Source of the DNA: Marsupella aquatica
Taxonomy: Eukaryota; Plantae; Marchantiophyta
DNA: 64,000 bases
Reading direction: 5' to 3'
Assembly: GCA_973895155.1 (NCBI GenBank)
Contig: OZ316895.1
Coordinates: forward strand, 21,960,558 to 22,024,557
The stretch's first letter is position 1; each line of letters begins with the position of its first letter. This document shows, one piece after another, positions 38,758 through 50,877 of this stretch. Below the pieces are notes generated by a model. It was not told the origin of the DNA. It searched no databases and saw only the letters and a list, made by a program, of their open reading frames with translations. Position numbers and translations under genes: made by a program.

Positions 38758-40806
38758 ATGGGCGGAGAAGAGACCCCCCTGGCTGTAGGGGACGGAGCTC
38801 CTCCGGTCGTGAAGGAGACTGTTCTCAAGAAACGGAAAAGGAACGATGAATGGGCCGCGGTCAGGAAGGAGCGACATGACATTGCGAAAGCGAAGGCTCG
38901 TGCTAACAGCCAGGACACATTCAGGCGGGCGGAAGATTATGTGAAGCAGTTCCGGCTACAGGTGAGTTGAAATTTGCATCGTGTTCGCTGGCAAAAGAGG
39001 TTCATGCCGTGCAAGGGAAAATTTTGCACGGTCTGTTGTGGTTTGCAAGTCTTCTGATTGTGGTCGTGGATGTCAGGAGAAAGATCTGATGAGGTTGCAA
39101 CGAGAAAGGAAGAAGTTGAAGACGATCCGACCTCAGAAATTAGAAGCTAACGACAGATTGTTGTTTGTCATCCGTATTCGTGGGTAAGCATTAAACCCTA
39201 AATCTCTGTGACTGACCCTCATTTGTTGAACTTCTTGGATGTTTGTAAGGTGTAGGCTCTAGGTCTAGATTGCACCGTAGGTATTTTTGCGCGTCTTTAT
39301 TTGAATCGTTGATAACTCGAAGGAGCCTCGTATCTTTGTCGAACGTTTTCTCCTTTTTACCCCAAGAGCGTCAACTGTGAAAGGCTATTGCATTCGTGTA
39401 GGCTGCCCTTACTTCCCGATACCTTCTCTGGACGGCATTTGCTTATGTCCAGCTGTATCTTGTCTTTCCATATATGCATAAGCTCGGATGGGTTGAATTA
39501 TACCCAGCGCCTCGTCTCTGACAACGAACCAAGCTATTGTAGTACTCATGTGTCGGAATTTACCATCAGTTATGACTGAAGGTCGTCGTCCACTGTGCAT
39601 TGTTTATTTTCTAACTCTGATTAGGCTGATAGAGGAATTGAAGTGAGTTTAATTGAGGTATTCTTGTGGGTGATTTGCTTCGCAGGACTACGGACATGCA
39701 CCCAAAGACTCGGAAAATATTGCATTTGCTGCGGTTGAGACAGGTGACCAAGTCCATCCAGAACCCTGAGCCCTAAAGCCCCCCGCATCCATCATGTGCA
39801 CCTTCTCAAATCTTTTTCAATTTTCTTAGCACATACGGGTCTGTCTGACGCTATCCTTTGGATTCCATCTCGTGTTGCCGCCATGTCGCGCAGATATTTT
39901 TCGGCGTTTTTATGAAGGCAACCAAAAATACAATAAGCATGTTACGGAAGGTTGAACCTTATGTGACCTATGGGTAAGTTCCTGTTGATGTGAGAACAGT
40001 ACTGTATTGGACCACTTTTATACAACATCACTCAGGGTTTGTCTACTTCGATCGGACCGCATTCTTTCTCTTTCCACCCGCTTTTATGCTTAAAACAAGG
40101 CTGTATATCCAGTTTGCCAGTGGCGCTTGTTTTCTGTCATGGGACCACATTATTGACAGTTCGCCAGGGACCAACAAAAGAGCTTATCATCTTGCGAACC
40201 ACTCCCATAGCTGCTCCTCCTGCCTGAACTCAAATTGTGCCAAAGGTTTTGAAAGTTGGATTTTTTCCGCAGGAATCCAAATTTGCAGACTGTGAGCGAC
40301 CTTATCTACAAGCGTGGTCATGCCAAGGTTAACAAAGAACGGACAAGCCTGACTGACAACAACATCATAGAGACTGTGAGTATCTCATGCCTCACTGGGT
40401 TGCTCGGTCTAGGACGGTATCCTTTATTTCTCTGATGCAGGTTCACGTGTAACTTGGCTTTTGATTAAGCGTGCTTTGAGATGACTGGGCCCTGTTCTAG
40501 GATCAGTGCAATTGAATGGAACAGCGCTGAGGCGTTGTCATGTAAGCATTCTGGTGTCAAGCTAATGACTTGAGTGGGTGCTCCTTGCAGGCATTGGGGA
40601 AACACGATATTATATGTATTCCCGATTTGATCAATGAGATTTACAGCATCGGCCCACACTTCAAGGAAGCAATTGAGTTTTTATGGCCCTTCAAATTATC
40701 ACCACCTCCAAACGGTGGTTCAAAACCAGGCAATCACTTTATAGAAGTTAGCGATGCAGGGAATAGGAAGGACAAAATTAACGATCTTATCTATCAAATG
40801 AATTAA
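38758..40806 (+). CDS. RPL7: Ribosomal protein L7/uL30-family protein, probably the divergent RPL7-like (Rlp7-type) paralog; exons 38758-38961, 39077-39183, 39686-39743, 39894-39973, 40273-40375, 40591-40806
   Basis: [112 protein letters not shown]. All introns are GT-AG and phase-consistent. Confidence 0.93.
39193..39201 (+). promoter_or_regulatory. Telo-box (AAACCCTAA) at the start of intron 2 of the RPL7-like gene
   Basis: Exact motif present. Telo-boxes are characteristic of plant ribosome-biogenesis genes, but function at this site is untested. Confidence 0.4.
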
Positions 40807-41499
40807 AATCAAAGTTTCCACACCTTCTGTGATGGGTTTGCGGCCTGTCTCAATCAATCTGTTGCGGACACCCTCATGTGAACCCCTGTATGTAATTGAA
40901 ACATGTGTCTACTGTAGATTTTCGGGTAGTCTCATGTCAAACCTTGTCTCTATAGTTTTCAAAAGGTAGTGTCATGTCAACTCATGTACAAGCTTTCCCT
41001 GAAATAATCTTAAATTTTATAACAGCGAAATCCTCAAGCGGAGGGAAGCCCATCAGCACCAGCCAAGAGCACATGAGGGACAACTCCCACCCACGTATGC
41101 GCTTTAATATGCTGCAAAGCATTGTAAATGTTTTTCCAAGTTTCACAAACACAGCCTAAAATTTTGCTCCACGGCTGAAATTTCAATAATCATTTAGTTT
41201 CCTAGTTTCACAAACACAGCCTATAATATTGTTCATGGGGCTGAGTTTTCAATAATTAATCGTTTTTCCTGCAAGCCATCTTCAAAGTGGAACAGTTGGA
41301 AGCAATACACACTCTTTCACATCAAAATGTCAAGAATATTCCTGAAATAAGCATTTTCTAAATTTCACAAACGCAATCTAAACTTCTGTTCTGTTCCAGG
41401 GTCTCAACTTCAAATGTTTACCTATTTTCTGGCAAATTGATATCCATAGAGTATTTATAGGGAGTGTCAAAACATAAATGAGATACGACCAAGTACATA

Positions 41500-42965
41500 A
41501 AATAATTTTAGGGCCAGTACAAAAACTTTATAGGCTACTATGTAAGTGAAGGGCTACCTTTGTAAGTGTATATAATTTTATGGCCGGTACAAAAACTTTA
41601 TAGCTACTATGTAAGTGAAAGTTACCTTTGTAAGAGCATTCCCACTGGTCCTGCAAACTGGCAGGCCTGCTACCATTATTAGCTTCCAGCACTGGAAAAT
41701 CAAAAATTGATACCCCACTGGACATCGTTATCAGCACCGCTATCCTTCCGGCCAGCCACAATTGGAGCCCGGCATGCCAGTCCTGGCATCAACAAGAGGC
41801 CGCTGTCCCGGCCGGTTCTAGCTTGCTATATGAAATTGATGGTCAGAATTTCTTGTGATTTGCCCTATAGAGTCATCACCAGACGGTCCATTACCTCATG
41901 CTTGATCTGTCCATGATCATTTTTCGAGTTCAACTCATAGCACTGCTGGAAATTGACTTCGATCGCGACCAGGGAGCACATTAGAACAGCACAGTCTATC
42001 TCGAAGATACAAAGCACAGACTTCCAAGCTCGGGCCGTCAATCAGAGAGGCATATGCTCAGTGAAAACAGTTTTGTGTCGTAAATTATGATCGAGAGTTG
42101 CAATTTTCTTGATCAGTACGGAGCCACATATGGGGAACACAGATAACTATAGAATCTGCCAGGGGTGTTTTCTGAAGGAGAGAGTAGAGCATTCAACTTT
42201 CTATGGCCCGAACTATAGGGCTTGTACGCACCATACTGGCCTGATATGTTGAACCAGGCTGGCTTCCCTGCCTGGTATCCAGTGTTGGGTGGGAGAATTG
42301 TCTGGGACAATTGCTGGCCAGACGGCCTGGCCCTTACCATCCTGCAAATGGCGGGACCAGTGGGGATGCTCTAAGTGTATGGCCGCCACAAAAACTCTAT
42401 AGGCTACCTCCTATGTGACAAAAACCTTACAGGCTACCTATGCAAATGAAGGACCTATGTAAATGAAGGATCAGACTAAAAACAATTAAGTACCTAAGTA
42501 AGTGAAGGTGACGGGGACAAAAACCTTATATGCTACCCATGTGAGTGAATGCTACCTATATAAGTGTATGGCCTGTACAAAAACTTTATAGGATACCTAT
42601 GTAAGTGAAGGTGACTGGGACAAAACCCTTACAGGCTACCGATGTAAATGAAGGATCAGACTAAAAAAAATGTGTACCTAAGTAAGTGAAGGTGACTGGG
42701 ACAAAAACCTTATAGGCTACCTATTTAAGTGAATGATCAGACAAAAAACATATGTGTCATAAGACTCTTATGGGAGTGCTTAGCTATGTAAGTGAAGGTG
42801 ACTGGGACAAAAACCTTATAGGCTATGTATGTAAATTAAGGATCAGACTAAAAGAAAATGTGTACCCACGTGGAGGTGACCATGACAAAAACCTTATAGG
42901 CTAGATATTTAAGTGAATGATCAGACTAAAGGAAAAAGTGTCATGAGACTCTTATGGGAGTGCTT
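41500..42965. repeat. Irregular tandem array (aaaaccttataggctacctatgtaagtgaaggtgactgggac-type units) interrupted by a MITE
   Basis: Same ~40-bp motif at 41518-41633 and many times at 42372-42930. Confidence 0.8.
41634..42371. mobile_element. Tourist/PIF-Harbinger MITE
   Basis: TIRs GAGCATTCCCACTGGTCC / GGACCAGTGGGGATGCTC with TAA target duplication on both sides. Confidence 0.88.
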
Positions 42966-45171
42966 TGATGCGCCCTAATCCATGGCACTAATCCATTTCC
43001 AAAGCGGAACAGTTGGAAAGCAACCGTCGGGCTCCACTCTCTAACTACCCTTCCTAACAGCTCTCTCTTCATCCGCCATTTAGCGGAGCAATCATCCCCC
43101 GGCTAAACAAAACGCCATAGTTAACGCCTACTAGTCTTAGCAGTACCGCATCACGACTGTCTGCCTCCTCCACCTTAATTAACCGCCCCTCTACTCTGGC
43201 GTCCCCAGCCCTCGGATCGACTCCCCCCCCTAATCCATCGGTCCGAACCCATGTTCCGCCAAACCGGCGCCAGTTCCGCCAGTTCCGCCATCGTCTGATT
43301 CGCGAATTGCGTTCGTAACTTTTCTTCGCGGAGTTTACTCTTTTCCTCTTTTGCTGTCGAGGTTCTCGAGGATTGGAAATCCTTCGAGGTCGTGGCGAAT
43401 TGGAAATCGTTCTTCTCAGCGCTGTGCAGCGAGCTAAGCAGCTCGGCAGCGAAGCGAACGAGCGAGCTAACGGTCGAGGAAGCGAGAAGAGAGTGAGTGA
43501 AAAGAGGTAGACGCTGTGCTTTGTGTTTTTTCCCGTCTCTGGCGAGCATTTTCTTTCTTCTCAACTTACTGTGTTTCTTCTAGCTCTCCGCCTTTTTCGG
43601 GGATTGTTCAACGACAAATAGTTTGTTGATTGGTTAGGAAGTGGAGTTGTTGACAGTTTTTCCCTTGGTCGATGGACGCAGTTCATTTTGTCCCTTCGAA
43701 CTTTACAGCGAGCTGCGTACTACAGCATGGCGCAAACGAGGGAACTAGCGAATTAGGAAGCGAGCGGAGTTGGTGCATTGATCGAGTACGAGACCCGTGT
43801 GCAATGCCTTATTTTTGTTTTGTTTCTGAAATGTGTTTTTAGCTCTCCGATTTTCTCGGAGCTTGTTCAACGATACCAAGTAATTAGATTGTCTACTGAT
43901 TAGCAAATTGTGTTGTCAATTGATGGCAACAAGTGCTCTCGTTGTCGACCATCGCAATTTGTGTGCTTGATTGATGACCTCGTGTGATTTCTAGAAAGGA
44001 GTCAGCGAAAGTCTGTTCTGTTAAAAAAAGAATTCTTGTGGAGCCTAGTCTGTTGCTGTTGAAGTAGTGGAGATTTGGAAAGCGGTCGTCTGCGTACCGG
44101 TCACCGTTCCTTTTCCTTCGCACTTACAGCTAACAAGGCAATTCTATTGAGAAGCGAACGATTGATCAAGCAAGCGAGCGGAGTGAGTGAAATTGTCTAG
44201 TACTAGACCCACATGCGTTCCGTTTTTTTCGTCTCTGTTAAGTTCTTTTCTCTCAACTCTGCTTGTAACCCTCCACCTTTCTTGGGGATTGTCCAACGAT
44301 AATTTCTGACTCCGTTACCAGTTAGTTTTGTCTGCGGTCGTCGATCTCGAGGGGAGGAGCTATACCACTTGCAAAGGAATGTGGAGAGCAACCCGCGGTA
44401 CGTTGTTCCCGCGCAAGGTTTCTCTCATTTTGAGACTTAGATTGTGGGTTTACACTCGCAGCATCCACACGTCCTGTGACACTCGTACACCTGCGCACAG
44501 TTTGGGCACGGGCTTGAAGTTTGGACATTCGAGCACGTCACTGTCGAGACCTATTAGCACCATCTGGACAAAATTGCCGTTCTCTCAATTCTATGGGGGC
44601 GGATTCGCTCTTTCTTCGCTGTATTGCTGTCTACCGTAAATTTCCCGTCGATCAGTTTATTGATTGCTGTCACGAAAGTTGTTCATTGATTAGGAATTGG
44701 AGTTTAGTGATCAATATTTTATCCATATCCTTATAGTTTACTGGAGCTGCGGAAGTTTATTGATTGTTGTTAACAGTTGTCTTCCTCGTGGATTGACCCA
44801 ATTTATGTGGTTGGTTAATTGCGTCGTTTGGTTTCTAGAAATGTGGTTAAGAGAGGATATAGTGAACGAAAGTCGATCCTGTCAAAAGAGGGAAGAGACA
44901 AAGAGCAAATGCAGACCCCAATTTTAAAACAATGGAGAGCTGCCTAGTTGGTTTGCAGCAGCAATCCTCATGCCAATGTGCTCCCTGAGTAGTCGTCAAT
45001 GTGATTAACTTGTGGTTCGTATACAGGAAAGAAGGAAGGAAGGAAGACTTAATTCAGTGAGTCTCTGGAGGGTTTAAGTACTTTGGTATCAGAGAAAAGT
45101 GTGCAGAGCGGTATAACGAATTGGCTAATGTAGGGACACATTAGGACTTTAGCAAGGAGGGAGTGGGCAGG

Positions 45172-47082
45172 ATGAGTCCGGATCTAGAGCCTCAGAGAAA
45201 TGCGAGACACCAGCAACAGTTTGTGTTCGAGAAGCAGCGGCAAGAGGTCTTGGGTAGTGACGTAAACGAGGTGACTGCGAGTGTGGCTGTTGTCGAGACG
45301 TCGTTGCCGCAGGAGAACGGCGATTCACCAGGTTTGGATACAGCGAACAAAACTGGAAAGGAAATAGTGGCAGTACCAGCAGCACAGGCAGCAGCAACTT
45401 CAGCAGCTCCAGTGAATATCGAGGATATGGATGAAGAATTAATGCAGGAGCAGGCGCAAGCAGTGGTCGAAGAGCTACAGAAACGCGGGGCGTGCACAAC
45501 GTTAGCTCTGGCGAAGATGTTGGGACTGGAGAAATCCACTCAGTTGAATCCCTTGTTGTATCTTCTCCTAGAGAAAAATGTGGTAACCAGAGTAACGGAT
45601 TTTCCCCCCATCTGGTCTCTGTCGCCCACATTCCCAATGAGCTCTCTTTCTTCCTCAACTCCCGCCGCTCCTGCTCCTGCTCCTGCTCCGACGTCGTCCT
45701 CCCTTGGTCCTTCTGCAATCCCGGCTGCTTCTCCTTTGGCGTATACTAGTGTACAGCCAGCTCGAATTATGGCTGAACAGCCTCAAGCAGTTCCCCGCCA
45801 CCCAGCTCCAGGGACTATCATAACATTTCCTCCAATTCCTGCTGAACGCGCAATAAAGCCAATCATCACCTTTCCGCCAATCCCTGCTGAGTCTCAGGTT
45901 CCGTCTGAGCCGGCTGCAACATCTGGTACACTGCAACAAGCTGATTATTGGCAATCTTTGTCTCAAATGTCCGGTGGAAAGAATCACCGAAATGGAGGTA
46001 CGTAACATCATCTTCTTTCCTTGATAGAAATTTCTTGAAGTGCGGAGTTGTCAAATACAGACGAGGAATAGGGAATCCACAGCTGGAAGGGAGAGAGCAA
46101 CAGAAAACAGTGGATGTACAGCCAAATCGAAAGTCCAGGCCGATAGTGAACGAGACAGTCTACCAGATTACCTAATTAAAGTCAATCGAATCAGCATTTG
46201 GTTCCTCATAATTGCTCTTACAGCAGCAATCTTGCGGGAATTTGTCATGATAAAAGCTCACCTCTAGTGACGCTAGGCGTCTTGCACAATTCTGAACTTG
46301 ATTCAGTGGAACCTAATGAGTTAATGGAGCGACCAGAGTCGTTTACTATCTGGGGACCTGGAAAGTCTCAATCTATACAACACTGCCGTGCTGCAAGATT
46401 ACTATGCACTTTAGTGGGACGTTTATCCGAACGTGGTTGGGAAAGTTGATTGGGCTTTGTCCAATGTATTGAACCATGATAGCACTCGACATATTACAAA
46501 AGTCCAGGGTTTACACAGCAGGGTTGATGAAGGCCAAGAGTAATTGAACCCCAGGCCTTTAGAATTCAGCAGTATATGTCGTGAAAAGCAGTTCTAGAGC
46601 TTGTATTTAATTTCGTAAGATTCTGGCACTAATCTTAATGATCTGCCTTCACGCATGGTCTTGAGCAGTTATGGTGTTTTTGGCTCATCGTTTGTTGATC
46701 AGGAGGAGGACCGCCATTCAAAAAATGGAAGAAACAAAAGAATCTCTCCGAGTTACAGTTGCGCCTTTTGAAAGAGCTCAAAGAAAGGGGACCCACTCGA
46801 ACACTCGAATTATCTAAGATTGTGGGGCTGGTGACAACCCGTGACGTGAATCCTTCAATTTACGATCTCAAGCAGAGGAACCTTGTGGTCAAAGTGAATA
46901 ATGCACCACCCGTATGGCAGCTGAACGAACCAGGCATGAGCAAGGCCCAGTTTCTTTCTGGAATGGAGGTTGATGAAGACGAGGATCAGTCTGACAGAGA
47001 CACTCAACCTGGGGCAGCCTTTGGGGGGGCTCCAATAGCCGTGAACTCTCAAGGGATATCGTCTCTCTCTTTCTTCCATTGA
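45172..47082 (+). CDS. Protein with two Z-alpha-like (Z-DNA/Z-RNA-binding) winged-helix domains; exons 45172-45997 and 46703-47082, ~401 aa
   Basis: Domain 1 (~45433-45624): EQAQAVVEELQKRGACTTLALAKMLGLEKSTQLNPLLYLLLEKNVVTRVTDFPPIWSL. Domain 2 (~46741-46926): ELQLRLLKELKERGPTRTLELSKIVGLVTTRDVNPSIYDLKQRNLVVKVNNAPPVWQL. Both have N-x3-Y and PP-x-W. Phase-1 donor GAG|gtacgt joins phase-matched acceptor atcag|GA. Confidence 0.85.
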
Positions 47083-48795
47083 CATATTGTGCACCTGCAA
47101 GGTATGTGGTAGTCATCGCAATTTGGACCTCCAGGGTGGCAGTAGGTGATGCTCTACTCGTTGTGTCTTGAGTGCAAACAACAACAGCAGTGTTTAGGAA
47201 TTGATTGCAAAACAAGTATCAAAAGTCCGAGGGTGCCTTGACCTCATTACCCGCGAAGAAAGTGGAAATTAAAGCTTTGCAGGGAAATTAGTTATCTGTT
47301 TGTATTTGTCGAATACCCCCGGTCGTGAAGGTGATTGTACCGGAGGTATTCCAATTGCAGCTCTTAGTTCATCCTTCAGTTAGAGAAGGAGCTGCTAACT
47401 AAGCCTATCCGTACCCATGTGCAAGGGCCTTTGTGTCGCCAAGATGTGGCTACCACGATTTGTGTCTATCTAACTTATGGACGGAAGTGTGTAATTTGTG
47501 CAGGACAGTGCGGAATTGCCATGGATTGTAATGAAACATATTCCTGAAATCAACGTCCTTCAAGCAGTATTTCCTTAGGAGCAAAATTTTGTCCTCAGCT
47601 GAAGTGAAAAGTCTTAGTCTTTTCCTGCTACAGAGAAGTATATAGATAGGTGGCATAGGTGTAACTTGGTTAGTGGGTGGTCGAGTCCTTGGCACACTCC
47701 ATCTGAAGTCATGAGATGGATGATAAGTTTTTACCTTCTAGCGCATTCCAACTGCTCGAGTTTTTCTACTTGATCAAAACTGAGAATTGGATTCAGTTTA
47801 AACGTCTGGATGTAGCTAATGACGATTGTTATGACTTAAATGGAAAGCGAACGTTTGATTCTCTATCTTCTGTCTCTCGTCTTTTTTGTTTGTAGTATTA
47901 GTTGCCTGTGTTGCCATGCAGGTCTTGCGTAATATCGTCATGGACCTTGCAATTTTCTTTTGTAGGTTTGTGCTGTCATTTTCGATGTACCGTGGCATCC
48001 CACAAAGCAGAACAATTTGGTGATGGAAGCTAAGGAGTGTTTTCCCGGTAACCATCTTGGAATGGGACCAATAGGGTTTGGAAAGGGTAATTAGTTATCT
48101 GTCCCATAGTCGACCTTTCGCCCAGCACGCACATTTTGGTACATCAGTCGACCTTTACAGTTTGCTAGCTATTTCTTGCAGAATGCCCTTTTCCCAGTCT
48201 AGGTCACAAGTGCAACATGAAAGACATGGCGACAATGAGAAATATTATCCAATAATTTGGTACAATGAAAAACACCATGGCTATGGCACTTTCACTGAGG
48301 AGACTTTAATCAATAACATTTTGTCCAGTAAATCGATGTGCACTTCGCATTGTGGAGGAGACACACACCAACTCGTCCGACTCTGGCAGTTTGAAACTCC
48401 TGCCAACGTTTTGAACAGCTTGCGCCTCTTTCTTTTGCCTTGAAACCGAAAGTCGAATCACCTATCAGAAGATGGAGCTTCCGCCTTTGAACGTGACTGG
48501 AATCATCCCAATCTTAAAGTTCGATCCTGAGATCTACATGAACGAGCTTTTCGACCTTCAGGTTGAAAGTGAACGAATGACAGCATAAATTTCTTCAGAT
48601 ATCCCCTAGAATCGTGATTTATGGGTTAAACCTTGAACGTGTTACTAAGGGTCCATTAGATCGTCCTGTACACATAGGTAAGCACGTTATTAAGCGACAA
48701 ACTACAACTCTGTGACGCAACATTCGTTCAGGCACGAGGATGTTGGTTTGAACATGAGCTAAATTTCAACAAAGAGCTGAAACAGAGAGATAAAA

Positions 48796-48869
48796 TGTTT
48801 CCGTCCAGGTTCGAACTGGAGACCTTCAGTGTGTTAGACTGACGTGATAACCAACTACACCACGGAAAC
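48796..48869 (-). tRNA. tRNA-Val (anticodon AAC)
   Basis: Minus strand GTTTCCGTGGTGTAGTTGGTTATCACGTCAGTCTAACACACTGAAGGTCTCCAGTTCGAACCTGGACGGAAACA: acceptor stem GTTTCCG/CGGAAAC, anticodon loop CTAACAC, T-loop GTTCGAA, followed by a TTTT terminator. Confidence 0.97.
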
Positions 48870-49916
48870 TTATTGATTGCAGCTTGAGGATTATAAAACT
48901 TAAAATCATACCTAATGTACTTTGAAGGCCTCCTTTATGTCTTCTTCTTATTTTGGATTCCTAGAAAGAAGAAAGGATCTGAATCCAATTATTTTATATA
49001 AGCTCTTAAACAATGTCAGTCCACTAAATGCCTGGTGGAAGAGTACCATTTTATGTCATTTATACACATTGTAAATATTTTAATTTCATTTGGACATTTT
49101 GCTTCATTTGACTGTTACCCTTGTCACCTGGCCATTTCACTTGTCACCTTAGGGTCTGGCAAAGGGACATTTCACTTCACCCAGCATTTTCCCTTGTTGC
49201 TAATAAGGCTCTACGTGTTGACCAGAAGTAAGGTAGAGCTCATCCTGAAATGAATGTTTATAAGTTCCTTAGCTTTCCTGTACTTATTTCCAAACTATTC
49301 TTGCTAGTACACGGTGGGTGTATTGTCAATGGTCAAACCCATTTTCATATGGCTATAATAGAAACCTGGCTGCCTTAGGCTTAACCTAGTCACACTTTGC
49401 CACTGAACAAACCAATGGGATAGCGCACCCACAGTCAAATTAGGACTCAACGGTCAAAACTGAAGGATAAAACTGTAGAGCAACCCAAGGGGTGGGGCTG
49501 ACTACAGTAGTTTGCGTAATTACATGAGAACTACTATAGTGAGAACATTGTCATACACAGCTTCTTTCCCATTAGGGTAGGGGATGGAGGCTGCATGAAG
49601 TTGATGCTTACTACACATGCGGGCAGGCCAGCTGTCACTACAAGTTCTTAATAGTTAACTTGACTGTTAGTTATGGGTTACAGACACAGTCCTTATGGAC
49701 TTGGAAATCAGTGTTCCGTGACTTTCTGTTTTTAATAGACATCCATAAGACATGGCCAAAAGGAAGCTTCACAGGCTGGGTAACGAATTAGAAAATTTCA
49801 CCTGACTAAGAGAACTGTTCGAGTTAGATGTTAACACAAGAACCTGTTTACTGTATTGCTTGAGGGTTGAGATTCCCTAATGTCCAAAAGAAAATTCAGG
49901 TGTGAAGGTTGTCTAA

Positions 49917-50281
49917 GAGCATTCACAAAGGTTGCGCTATTAGCAACCCAATAATGGGGTCAATGGTAACTAAGGCCACCGCTGTTGGGATTGTATGTGG
50001 CAGATGGCTACCTGATCCCCACCACTCTCCATGAGTGAAATGATGAGCTCCCTGTGAAGGACACATTGACAAGTGATTTTCATTTCTGCAGAGATTGGAA
50101 GGTTGGTGCCATACATGAACAGTTTGGCAAGACTGGGCAAAGGTGGCTACTCCATGTACCAAAAGGTGGTCCTGGAGGCTGTGTGGGAACCTGGCCTAGG
50201 ATCGAGAAAGGGCTTCAGCCTCACTCGCTAAACTTGCTCCTTGCGGGCATTCCCAACAGAGGGTGGGGAATGGGGATGCTC
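49917..50281. mobile_element. Tourist-like MITE
   Basis: TAA-GAGCATTC ... GGGATGCTC-TAA; same terminal hexamer as the 41634 element. Confidence 0.65.
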
Positions 50282-50287
50282 TAATTA

Positions 50288-50877
50288 GGGCGTCTCAAAA
50301 CTTCAAAGTTGCAGATGATGGCTTTTGGCCATAAACAATAGTTTTTTCATATGGTTATCTAAAAGCTGTTTTTTGTTTGTTTTGCTAGCTTCTATTGACA
50401 GTGACCTTTGGTCATTGCATATGGCAAAAAGTATGCCATGACCAAAAGTGATGGATTAGAAATTTGATAGTCCTTAATATTTTCACTCCTTTTTGTTTTT
50501 TGCTCTCCCTAACCTTAACCACCGTAACTACTAAGTTAAGATCCATTAAATGTTGAGGTTTGAGACCCCTTGTTAAAATTCAGGACAAGTAAAGCAACCT
50601 CAGTACTACTGTACAGGCCTCCTTGTACAGTATTTGGGCATCTCAAAGCTTCAAAATTATGGACAATGACTTTTGGCAATAAAGGAATGGTCATAACTTC
50701 TTCTCAAGCTTATGTAACTTTATTTTATTTTAATTAGTCTGTTGTGACTAATGGCATGCAACCAATCTTTATGGCAAAATGTCAAGGAATATAAATTTTT
50801 GTATTCTTTGACTTTTTGTGTCCCGAACCCATAACTAGTGAGTTAATGTCCATCAAATTCTGAGCTTTGAAACACCC
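50288..50877. mobile_element. Two tandem MITE copies (50288-50569 and 50636-50877)
   Basis: Each is bounded by GGGC(G/A)TCTCAAA ... TTTGAGACCCC or TTTGAAACACCC and has a similar interior. Confidence 0.65.

Noticed and set aside
45149-46011. Antisense ORFs (189, 115 and 118 aa) over the Z-alpha exon
   Set aside because: No domain signal; explained by the codon structure of the sense gene.
47083-48500. Additional effector exons (kinase, deaminase, RHIM) for the Z-alpha gene
   Set aside because: The frame stops at 47082. The downstream donor (~47101) and acceptor (~47965) look like a 3' UTR intron, and no coding motif was found.
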